From Deltaproteobacteria bacterium (GTDB lineage: Bacteria; Myxococcota_A; Polyangia; Fen-1088), in assembly GCA_033763315.1 (NCBI GenBank), contig JANRKS010000040.1, positions 1 through 64,000 of the forward strand: a stretch of 64,000 bases of DNA. The letters run 5' to 3'. Made by a program: the position numbers and the translations under genes. This document shows, piece after piece, positions 17,975 through 26,466 of the stretch. Below the pieces are notes generated by a model, which worked only from the letters and a program-made list of their open reading frames with translations, was not told the origin of the DNA and did no database searches. Position 1 is the first letter of the stretch; the number at the start of each line of letters is the position of its first letter.

Positions 17975-19315
17975 ATGCAGTTGTCACGCCGTCAGATGCT
18001 TCAGTTGGGTGCAGCCGCGCCCTTAGCGCCGCCCGCCGCGGCGAGGCCGCGCATCATGCATCATGCAGCCAAGGCCAAGCGCGTGATTTTCATGCACATG
18101 GTGGGGGCGCCTTCGCAAATAGACCTATTCGATCCCAAGCCGATCCTCGCCAAGTTCGCGCATAAGTCGTTGCCCGATTCGGTGCTAAAAAATGCGAATT
18201 TCGCATTCATTTCTCGCGACAGTTCGGCCCTGCCCTCCCCCTGGGAATTCAAGCGTTATGGAAGACGAGGCACACACGTTTCGTCGCTGTTGCCGCATTT
18301 TCAAAAGGTCGTGGATGACGTATGCATCGTTCGCTCGATGCATACGCACGAATTCAACCATCCGTCGGGCGAACTGGTTTTTCACACGGGCTTTGGGCAG
18401 CTGGGGCGCCCAAGCCTCGGCGCATGGGTTGACTTTGCGCTCGGCTCGGCCAACCCTGATCTGCCCTCGAACATCGTCATGTGTACGGGCGGCGGCAGCG
18501 CGGCGGGAACAGCCACCTGGGGAACAGGCTTTTTGCCAACCCAGCATCAGGGGGTGCGGCTGCGCGGCAGTGGCGACCCCGTGCTGTTTTTGACGAACCC
18601 GGATGGCATCAATGACAAACGGCGCCGCATCATCATGGACGCCGCCCGCAGACTCAACGAGCTGCAATACAAACAGGCCCGCGACGCAGAGACGCAAACG
18701 CGGATCGCACAAACCGAAATGGCGATCCGCATGCAGAAGTCGGTACCTGAACTTGTGGACCTGCGCAGCGAATCGCAGGCCACGCTCGACCTCTATGGCG
18801 TCGAGCCCAATAAGCCCAGCTTCGCGCGACATTGCTTGCTGGCGCGCCGGCTTGCGGAGCGCGGGGTTCGCTTCATTCAACTCATGGATGGCGACTGGGA
18901 TCATCACGGCCAACTCAAACAAGATCTGCCAACGAAATGTGCGCAGGTCGATCAGGGCATGTCAGCCTTGGTGCAGGATCTTGGCAAGCGTGGCCTTTTG
19001 GACGACACGTTGGTTGTATGGGGCGGCGAGTTCGGGCGAACGCCCTTGGCACAAAAAGACGATGGTCGCGATCATCACAAAGACGGTTTCACGATGTGGT
19101 TGGCGGGCGGCGGAATCAAGGCAGGCATGGATTACGGCGCCACAGACGATTTTGGCTTCAACGTGGCACAGGATCCGGTGCATGTTCATGATCTGCACGC
19201 CACCATCTTGCATTTGCTTGGCATCGATCACGAACGCCTCACCTACAAATTCCAGGGCCGTGACTTTCGCTTGACCGATGTGGCGGGGCGAGTTGTGCGC
19301 CCCATCCTGGCCTAA
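17975..19315 (+). CDS. DUF1501 (sulfatase-like) Tat-exported protein
   Basis: SRRQML Tat motif; KAKRVIF, GAPSQIDLFDPKP, WDHH, GEFGRTP, GRDHH, VHDLHATIL. Confidence 0.93.
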   Translation: MQLSRRQMLQLGAAAPLAPPAAARPRIMHHAAKAKRVIFMHMVGAPSQIDLFDPKPILAKFAHKSLPDSVLKNANFAFISRDSSALPSPWEFKRYGRRGTHVSSLLPHFQKVVDDVCIVRSMHTHEFNHPSGELVFHTGFGQLGRPSLGAWVDFALGSANPDLPSNIVMCTGGGSAAGTATWGTGFLPTQHQGVRLRGSGDPVLFLTNPDGINDKRRRIIMDAARRLNELQYKQARDAETQTRIAQTEMAIRMQKSVPELVDLRSESQATLDLYGVEPNKPSFARHCLLARRLAERGVRFIQLMDGDWDHHGQLKQDLPTKCAQVDQGMSALVQDLGKRGLLDDTLVVWGGEFGRTPLAQKDDGRDHHKDGFTMWLAGGGIKAGMDYGATDDFGFNVAQDPVHVHDLHATILHLLGIDHERLTYKFQGRDFRLTDVAGRVVRPILA

Positions 19316-19349
19316 GCTGACTCGCAAAAATGCGTCCGCCCGAACGGCA

Positions 19350-19441
19350 AACCTTTCATTTGGCCGCACCCAAACCTTTCATTTGGACGCACCACAACCT
19401 TTCATTTGGCCGTAGCCAAACCTTGCATTTAGCCGCAGGCA
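19350..19441 (+). repeat. 4 x 23 bp tandem direct repeat
   Basis: Units AACCTTTCATTTGGCCGCACCCA, AACCTTTCATTTGGACGCACCAC, AACCTTTCATTTGGCCGTAGCCA, AACCTTGCATTTAGCCGCAGGCA. Confidence 0.9.
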
Positions 19442-19460
19442 GGGGTTACATTGTATCTCG

Positions 19461-20711
19461 GTGAAGTCTAAGGAATACAAGAGGTTCGCCATGGCGCGCC
19501 TGGAAGAGGCCCTCGACGACACCCCCGTGGTGCTAATCCATGGCCCGCGCCAGTGCGGCAAAACAACGCTGGCAAAGACTGTGGCCAGCCAGCGCGGCCA
19601 CTCCTACTTCACCTTCGACGACGATGTGGTCCGCGCGGCGGCGGCGACGGACCCCGTGCGTTTCCTGTCTGAGTTGCCCGAGCGGGTGGTCCTTGATGAG
19701 GTGCAGCGGGCGCCGCAGCTGTTCTCAACCCTCAAGGCGGTCGTCGACAAGAATCGTCGACCCGGCCGTTTCTTGCTTACAGGTTCATCCAACGTACTTC
19801 TGCTGCCGCAGCTCGCTGACTCTCTTGCCGGTCGAATGGCAATCATCCGCCTGCATCCGTTGGCCCAATCTGAGCTCGAACGGCGGCCCTCCAACTTTCT
19901 AGAGTCGCTGTTTCGCCGAACGTGGCCAAACCGCAAAACGGAGCGGTTGTCGAAATCACTTGCCGCGCGGATCGTGGCTGGTGGGTATCCCGAAGCGCTC
20001 GGTCGCCAATCAGCGCACCGCCGTGCCGCTTGGTACCGCGACTACATTGAGACGCTGGTTCAACGGGATGTACGTGAACTTTCGCGCATTTCTTCGCTAG
20101 ACGTTTTGCCCCGTCTGCTTGCGCTTGCCGCAAGCCACACTGCCCGTTTGATCAACATCACCGATCTGGGCGGTCCATTCTCACTTAGCCGACCCACCAT
20201 TCGAGACTACGTCACGCTACTTGAAAGGGTGTTTCTGCTCGAAGAACTTTCACCCTGGTACAGCAATCATATGAGTCGCTTGGTTAAAACGCCCAAGTTG
20301 CACATTATCGACACAGGCGTTGCGTGTGGGCTCTTGGGGCACAACGAAGACTCGCTTTGGGAAGAGCGCGAAATGTTCGGTCAAATGCTTGAGACATTCG
20401 TGTTCCAGGAGCTTCGACGGCAAGCGAGCTTTCGCGAGGATAAGATTGGTTTTTCCCACTTTCGCGACAAGGACGGTGTTGAGGTCGACATCGTCCTGGA
20501 GGCCGGTGCTCACCAAATGGCAGGTGTCGAGATCAAAGCGGGATCTACCGTAACGTCCTCCGACTTCCGCGGCCTGCGAAAGCTGGCAGAAGCGGTGGGC
20601 AAGCGTTGGACAGCCGGCATTGTGCTTTACGACGGAGAGGCGACGCTTCCATTCGGTGAGCGATTACACGCAGTACCCTTTGGGTCCCTGTGGCAAGGAT
20701 GGCAAGACTAA
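19461..20711 (+). CDS. AAA_14 ATPase with wHTH and C-terminal DUF4143 domain
   Basis: GPRQCGKTT, LDEVQ, FLLTGSS, DSLAGR, GGYPE, VKTPK, EVDIVLE...VEIK. Confidence 0.92.
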   Translation: MKSKEYKRFAMARLEEALDDTPVVLIHGPRQCGKTTLAKTVASQRGHSYFTFDDDVVRAAAATDPVRFLSELPERVVLDEVQRAPQLFSTLKAVVDKNRRPGRFLLTGSSNVLLLPQLADSLAGRMAIIRLHPLAQSELERRPSNFLESLFRRTWPNRKTERLSKSLAARIVAGGYPEALGRQSAHRRAAWYRDYIETLVQRDVRELSRISSLDVLPRLLALAASHTARLINITDLGGPFSLSRPTIRDYVTLLERVFLLEELSPWYSNHMSRLVKTPKLHIIDTGVACGLLGHNEDSLWEEREMFGQMLETFVFQELRRQASFREDKIGFSHFRDKDGVEVDIVLEAGAHQMAGVEIKAGSTVTSSDFRGLRKLAEAVGKRWTAGIVLYDGEATLPFGERLHAVPFGSLWQGWQD

Positions 20712-22090
20712 AACTCCGTTACAACCGGTTTGCCTTCGAGCCACGCCAGCATATTGATGGCCAGATAGTTCCAGTCCATGAAGCCCTTATTGAGAACGGG
20801 CTCGCCGCTTTCGGGCAGGTAATATTCGTGGGCGGCGCCAGAGCGCTCGACGTCGCGGCCAATGAGGGTGATGGTTTTCTCGGCAAGCTCTTGAGCCTCC
20901 TTCGTGAAGCCGTATTTCACCAGTCCACGGAACACGATGTAATTGGACAACGACCATACGGGACCCATCCATGACGACGGGTTACCGCTGGCGCGCACGT
21001 TGTACATCTTTTCCATTTTTGAAAGCGACCGGATGCCATACGGTGCTGCAAACGTTTTTTCATTCCTGAGATGTTCTGCCACGATGCGTTTGGCTTGCTC
21101 GGGCGTGGCAATCTCGGCCCACAGGGGCATAAAGCCCGTCCACACACCCAGGCGCTGTATGAGGCAATCGTAGTCGCGGGGACCGCCGCCGTGCAATTCC
21201 CACGACACCTGCGGCTTATTCACCGGCATCAAATTGAGATCCACGCTGTAGAAGAAGCCATCGCGTTCATCCCACATGTGCTCTTGAATGGCTTTGCGCA
21301 GGTTCTCGGCGTCGCGGCGAAGCAACACACCGATCTCGCTTTGGTTCAACTTGTCCGCGAGAAAGGCCGCCGCAAGCAGCTCGCGATACATCAAGCTGTT
21401 CAAATAGATGTTGCCGCTGCTGCCGGGCGGGCGAAAGAACACTGCTGGATCCGTATCGATACCCACGGCCAGATCGGTTTGCCAATAATAAAGGCCCGTG
21501 GCCTTGTGCCGGTGGTGGTTGCGGTAGTTGTTGAGGAATGACTGCACAAAGTAAAACGATTCGCGCAGCCATTGCACATCGCCGTCCATCTTAACCAAGA
21601 ACGCCGCATGTTGCGCCAGCACCGGCTTGTGCATGTTCTCGGCGAACGGGTTCTTCGGCATCATCTGATCGCGCGTCTTTGGCTTCTTGAAGATCGTGAT
21701 CGGTAGCCATCCGTCGGCGCCGCCAAATCCCAAGAAATTCAATACCGAGCCGCGGCCGTGGTCGATGGCGTCTTGCTTGTCCTTGGCCGTGCCAACATCG
21801 GCCACGATCTGACGAACGGCGATGTCGTAGATCCATGAATCCCAATCCCACAGCTGCGCCTCGTATTGCGAGCTGCCCGGCAAGAAGAACGGATGTTTGA
21901 AGTTATTGCCAGGCTCGCCATAGGCGTCGCGGTAGTTCTTGTGCATGTGCTTGCGCAGCACAGCCGCATACTTGGCAATGTCGCCGCTGAGCACCCGCGG
22001 GGGCAATGTGGCGGCGGCACTTTGTGGTTGCGCGCGCGCCGTAGAAACGGTTGTGCATAGGAACAAAAGCAGAAGCGATATTCTGAGCAT
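20708..22090 (-). CDS. secreted MGH1/trehalase-like (GH63/GH37-like) glycoside hydrolase
   Basis: Signal peptide; LWDWDS, MWDERDGFFY, WMGPVW, HEYYLPESG motifs. Confidence 0.85.
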   Translation of the reverse strand: MLRISLLLLFLCTTVSTARAQPQSAAATLPPRVLSGDIAKYAAVLRKHMHKNYRDAYGEPGNNFKHPFFLPGSSQYEAQLWDWDSWIYDIAVRQIVADVGTAKDKQDAIDHGRGSVLNFLGFGGADGWLPITIFKKPKTRDQMMPKNPFAENMHKPVLAQHAAFLVKMDGDVQWLRESFYFVQSFLNNYRNHHRHKATGLYYWQTDLAVGIDTDPAVFFRPPGSSGNIYLNSLMYRELLAAAFLADKLNQSEIGVLLRRDAENLRKAIQEHMWDERDGFFYSVDLNLMPVNKPQVSWELHGGGPRDYDCLIQRLGVWTGFMPLWAEIATPEQAKRIVAEHLRNEKTFAAPYGIRSLSKMEKMYNVRASGNPSSWMGPVWSLSNYIVFRGLVKYGFTKEAQELAEKTITLIGRDVERSGAAHEYYLPESGEPVLNKGFMDWNYLAINMLAWLEGKPVVTEF

Positions 22091-22152
22091 GAAACGGTGG
22101 CAATCTAACGTATTTGTTCGCAACCTGCGTTGCCTAAATCCGCACATGGCTG

Positions 22153-23070
22153 TTATTGGCTCTGTGAAAACAGCCACGGAAACAAAGCGGGCTCGCGGTA
22201 GGCGGGGCCCCACACGATGTGGCCGGGGCCTGTGTATGTGCTGAACTTGGGGGAGCCACCCAGTGACTTTAGCTTCTCAATCATGCGTCGATCCCATTCA
22301 ATGGGCACGTTGCCATCATCGGTGGAGTGAAATGCCCATATGGGCATATAGACGATCTTCGCCGCCATCGACCGATCGCCGCCCGAGCACATTGGGATCG
22401 CAGCCGCGAATTTTTCGGACCAGCGCGAGATCATCTCCCATGAAGCGAACCCACCCATTGACATGCCCATTACATAAATGCGACGCGTGTCGATCGTTGG
22501 GTTCTCTTTAATCACAACATCTAAGAGCTCCATCGTGGTGGTCAACGCCTTGGTGCTACCGCTAAAGCGCAGGTCAGTTGGCGTTACGTCCGTGCCGTCC
22601 CAGTGTTCAGGCGCCCACGGGCATTGCGGCGCCAAGATAAAGGCCGGCATCGCCTTGGCGCGCGCACCAATGGCAAGTACACCGGGCCCAGCGATAAATA
22701 CAGTGGGCCCGACCTGAGCCCTGTTGTCGGCTCCACGTTCACCGCCACCATGCATGAACACGAGCAGCGGCGCTTTGTTCTTGTATGAAGCTCGATCCGG
22801 CGTGTGCAACCGATAGGGCAACGTCATACCGGTGGCGCCTTTGAAGCTTCTCGGCGGGAACAACTTGTCCAAGTTGTTTTGCACTTCGGTAATCTCAGCG
22901 GTCGTGGCAGGAGGGAACCGCAGCTGCGCCAAGGCCTTGGCGTCATAATCTTCGTCGGCGGCCCGAGGCACCCGCGGTTGAGCGGCAGGTCGGGCGCCCA
23001 TAGGCGGGGCGTGGCTACAACCGAAGAAACCCCAAAAAATGGCGAAGACATACGGGAAAGCGCGAGCCAT
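22153..23070 (-). CDS. alpha/beta-hydrolase esterase lipoprotein
   Basis: FMHGGGERG, APQCP, RIYVMGMSMGG nucleophile elbow, HSTDD, GH. Confidence 0.88.
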   Translation of the reverse strand: MARAFPYVFAIFWGFFGCSHAPPMGARPAAQPRVPRAADEDYDAKALAQLRFPPATTAEITEVQNNLDKLFPPRSFKGATGMTLPYRLHTPDRASYKNKAPLLVFMHGGGERGADNRAQVGPTVFIAGPGVLAIGARAKAMPAFILAPQCPWAPEHWDGTDVTPTDLRFSGSTKALTTTMELLDVVIKENPTIDTRRIYVMGMSMGGFASWEMISRWSEKFAAAIPMCSGGDRSMAAKIVYMPIWAFHSTDDGNVPIEWDRRMIEKLKSLGGSPKFSTYTGPGHIVWGPAYREPALFPWLFSQSQ

Positions 23071-23312
23071 GCAAGCCTCCTGTGGCCCTGTGAGTAAAGC
23101 CTCCGGCCAACGGCGGGCGGCTGCCGTTACTGTTACCGACGCTCAGCTTGGGCTCCACCGGATGATCCTCGGCCCAAAGCCCGACAAAGCTCTGTAGCGC
23201 AACGTTGTGACAGCGAGGTGATTTGGGCTGCAAAAGCGGGTACATTGTGAGACACCGCTTGCGAAACTTGCAGCATAGGACCGGCAGGCAGCGCGCGTTC
23301 CATCGCTTATGG

Positions 23313-24320
23313 ATGGCGTTGCTGATGATGTGCGGACCTCAGCTCGCACGGGCAGGTGCACCTGAAAATCTTGTGGCGGTGGAGTACGAAACAGATCCGC
23401 AAGCCCAATGCCCTTCGGCCGCGCAGGTGCAAGCCGCTGTGCAAAGGGAAGCGGTGAATGCCACGATTTCAAGCGCAGCGGCCTTGCGGGCCACATTGAA
23501 GGTGGCGCGTGATGACCTTGGGCTGCACGCAACGATTGCGATTCGCGAAGCGCAAGGGGGCGAGCAGGCGTTGCGACAGATCGATGGCGCGCACGATCGC
23601 TGCATTGATCTGGTGCGCGTGTTTGCCGTGCTTGTGGCTTTGCAGGTGCAAAAACACAAAAACCAGCCCGCGAAGACGGTGGCTCCGCACCGTGCAGTAT
23701 CAAAGCCGCGCCCTTTAGCCGCCAACGCCGTGCCTGCCACAACGAAACCTGTGCCGAAGCCGCAAGCGAATGCGGTGCTCGTTGAACCGGCACCCGCCGT
23801 TCCTCCCGTGGCAACAAAACCACGTCCCGCCTTTGCCGTGTGGGGGGGCCCGACGATAGATGGCACCCCCAATTTCACCCGCATGGGCGGATTGCTTGGT
23901 GTGGCGTTCGGACTGACGCCGCATTGGCGCGCGGTCGTTGAACCCTACGGCGCCTGGGGGCACAAAGATGTGCAGACGGGGGCGTTCGATGCGCCTGTGC
24001 TGGGCGGTGCCGTTGCCGCTTGTTGGTTGCCGTGGATCGATGCAAGGGTGACATTGTGGTTGTGCCCCGACGCCGCCGCGGAAGTGATGTTCGTGCGTGG
24101 CCAGAACGTGGATGTGCCACAAAGCGACGCCACGTTTTTGGCGCGGATCGGAGCTGATGTGCGCGCGTCGTGGGCCATCAATGGCCCGTGGTTCGCGATG
24201 GTGAAACTGCAGGGCGGCATTCACCTGCGCACCCCGCGCGTATTCCTCGACAACCAGGCGGTGTGGGCCGTGCCCCGAGGGGCCGGAAACCTCGCAATTA
24301 CAATTGGTTACAGGTTCTAA
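23313..24320 (+). CDS. exported protein with C-terminal beta-barrel-like region
   Basis: Signal peptide, Pro-rich linker, alternating beta-strands ending IGYRF; upstream of ECF sigma; start approximate. Confidence 0.7.
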   Translation: MALLMMCGPQLARAGAPENLVAVEYETDPQAQCPSAAQVQAAVQREAVNATISSAAALRATLKVARDDLGLHATIAIREAQGGEQALRQIDGAHDRCIDLVRVFAVLVALQVQKHKNQPAKTVAPHRAVSKPRPLAANAVPATTKPVPKPQANAVLVEPAPAVPPVATKPRPAFAVWGGPTIDGTPNFTRMGGLLGVAFGLTPHWRAVVEPYGAWGHKDVQTGAFDAPVLGGAVAACWLPWIDARVTLWLCPDAAAEVMFVRGQNVDVPQSDATFLARIGADVRASWAINGPWFAMVKLQGGIHLRTPRVFLDNQAVWAVPRGAGNLAITIGYRF

Positions 24321-24405
24321 CGGCGCGGCCCCGCGGTGTGGGCGCGCTCCTGTCGATTTTTGAAAATTTATCGACAATGCCGTGGCTGCCGAAGCAATAA
24401 GAGGG

Positions 24406-25020
24406 ATGCCAGTGTTGGCCATGGCTGGGGTGAAGCTTGAACCGCGAGGGCACCTTGCCCCGGGGCGGGCCCGGCCGTTGTCGCGGGCGGATGATGCCGG
24501 CGCGCCACGTGAGCTGCCGTTGCTCGATCGATTCGTCGACGAGATGCCGTTTCTTTACGGCTTCGTTGAACGCATGGGGTTGCCGCCTTCGGATCGCGAC
24601 GATGTGATTCAAGAGGTGTTCTTGATCTTGCACCGGCGCCAATCGGATTTTGATGGTAACCGCCCGCTGCGCCCTTGGCTTGCGGGCATTGCCTATCGAT
24701 TGACGCTGCAACAGCGGCGGCCCAAGCGCGAAGTGGATTTGCAAGGAGCTGATGTGCGCGATGAGCGATCGCGCTCGCCTGAACAGCAAGCCGTGAGCAA
24801 CGAATCGGCTGACCTCGCTTGGCAGGCCTTGCAGAAGATCCCGGCCAAACAGCGGGCGGTTTTTATCCTGCATGAAATTCAGGGGCAAGATGTGCCCGAC
24901 GTCGCAAAGGCGTTGGGTGTGCCACGGTTCACTGTGTATTCTCGTTTAAGGGAAGCGCGCAAGGCGTTTGCGAGCGCTGTCGATCGTTTGGTTGGCAAGG
25001 ATGGGTGGCATGGCGCTTAA
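24406..25020 (+). CDS. ECF-type sigma-70 factor
   Basis: DDVIQEVFL, RPWLAGIA (region 2); RAVFILHEIQG...VAKALG...TVYSRL (region 4); start uncertain. Confidence 0.92.
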   Translation: MPVLAMAGVKLEPRGHLAPGRARPLSRADDAGAPRELPLLDRFVDEMPFLYGFVERMGLPPSDRDDVIQEVFLILHRRQSDFDGNRPLRPWLAGIAYRLTLQQRRPKREVDLQGADVRDERSRSPEQQAVSNESADLAWQALQKIPAKQRAVFILHEIQGQDVPDVAKALGVPRFTVYSRLREARKAFASAVDRLVGKDGWHGA

Positions 25021-25633
25021 TGAAATGGATGCGCAAGTTCATCGGCTGTTGGTCCGGGAACGCAACCGTGAGCCGCTTTCGGCGCAAAAGCGCGAAGAGC
25101 TCAAGCGCCGCCTGCAACGCGCGGTGGCCGAACAGCGCCCCGCGGGCCTCGGGTGGTGGCGAAGAACCCGGATGGGGGTGCGCTTTGCGATCGCGTTCTC
25201 TGTGTTGACAGCCATGGGTGGAGCGGCCGTTGCGTTGATGCTGAACGCTCAGAAACCCGCGCCCATCACGGCGCCCCTTCATAAGGTGCTTACGAAACAA
25301 GCAGAAGCGACAGCTGTGGTTCTCCCGGCAGCAGAAGACGCCAGTGCATCGGCGTTGCGCGCGGAGGTTGCGCTGATCGCAGGCGCACGGCGCGCCTTAG
25401 AGGCGGGGCACATCAAAGAAGCCATGCGGCTGTTGGCGGCGCATGGGCAACGCTTTCCCGCCGGCACACTGATCGAAGAGCGCGAGGGATTAGGCATCAT
25501 TGCGTTGTGGCGGCAAGGTCAGCACAACGCGGCTCGGGAAGGAGCCACACGCTTTCGCCGGCAATACCCACGCAGCCCCATGAACAGGCCCATCCACGAG
25601 CTTCTCGATGGCAGCGCTTCGCAAGGGCGATAA
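25010..25633 (+). CDS. putative anti-sigma factor (1 TM + TPR-like C-terminus)
   Basis: Overlaps the sigma stop; TM helix; FPAGTLIEERE...F...YPRSP motif. Confidence 0.75.
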   Translation: MALNEMDAQVHRLLVRERNREPLSAQKREELKRRLQRAVAEQRPAGLGWWRRTRMGVRFAIAFSVLTAMGGAAVALMLNAQKPAPITAPLHKVLTKQAEATAVVLPAAEDASASALRAEVALIAGARRALEAGHIKEAMRLLAAHGQRFPAGTLIEEREGLGIIALWRQGQHNAAREGATRFRRQYPRSPMNRPIHELLDGSASQGR

Positions 25634-26411
25634 GCGCGCGTACGCATGGTGCGTGCTTGCCTTTGCGCTGTGCCAAGGCGCGTGCGACGATCGGCTCAAC
25701 GCGGGCTACAACCTTCCCGCCGCCATCACGGGCGACGCAGCCCCCACGGACGCCACACCTTCGTCGCCCTTTTCGTTCAATGGCAAACCCGTTGCGTTGC
25801 AACTCAACGGTGACGCTGTGTCGCTGGATCCCGCACTAGGCATTGAGTTGACGCGGTCACTTGAGAACCAAGAGGGCAGCGCCTACCTGCCGATGATGAT
25901 GCCACTGACAGCGGGCAAGGTCATCACCGTGTTTGCAGCGTTTGTGATCGAACCCAGCGAGCTCGCGGCCGACGGCGTGGCGTTCGTTTGGCATAACGAT
26001 CCACGCGGCATTTATGCGCTTGGCGGAACGGGTGGCGGCATCAGCATCGGCAACTTGACGCCATCGTTTGCCGTGGTCTTCGACACGCACAACGGCAGCG
26101 GCTTCGAGTTGGCTCCCAACGTGTGTATGGGCCACGGCAATAACTTCGCGACGGCCGCGGTGGCCACCCGGACGGTCCCCTTTGATTTGCCCACGGGTGA
26201 ACCCGTTTTCGTGTGGATCGACTACGGCGCGCAGCGGCTGGCCGTTTTCGTCAGCCATGTGGCATCAAAACCAACTGCGCCCTGGATTGAAGCACCCGTC
26301 GATCTTGTGAAGGAAGTGGGCAGCACGGCCGCGTTCGGCGTTGCAGCGGCCACGGGCGCCAAACATTCACGCCATCGCTTGCTGTCATTGCAGGTGTCTT
26401 GGGCCCCGTAG
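25608..26411 (+). CDS. legume (L-type) lectin domain lipoprotein
   Basis: ADGVAFV, AVVFDT, VWIDY, FGVAAATG motifs; lipobox QGAC. Confidence 0.85.
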   Translation: MAALRKGDKRAYAWCVLAFALCQGACDDRLNAGYNLPAAITGDAAPTDATPSSPFSFNGKPVALQLNGDAVSLDPALGIELTRSLENQEGSAYLPMMMPLTAGKVITVFAAFVIEPSELAADGVAFVWHNDPRGIYALGGTGGGISIGNLTPSFAVVFDTHNGSGFELAPNVCMGHGNNFATAAVATRTVPFDLPTGEPVFVWIDYGAQRLAVFVSHVASKPTAPWIEAPVDLVKEVGSTAAFGVAAATGAKHSRHRLLSLQVSWAP

Positions 26412-26466
26412 ATCCTCCCGCTCAACATTTTCTGACAACCTTGCCCGCCTGGCTGCAATAAGCACC

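Noticed and set aside
19350-19441. Mini-CRISPR array
   Set aside because: Period is only 23 bp with ~7 nt variable part, too short for spacers; no cas genes
23095-23140. c-di-GMP-I riboswitch-like AAAGCCTCCGGCC
   Set aside because: The upstream GGCAAA/GNRA stem and matching 3' elements are not evident
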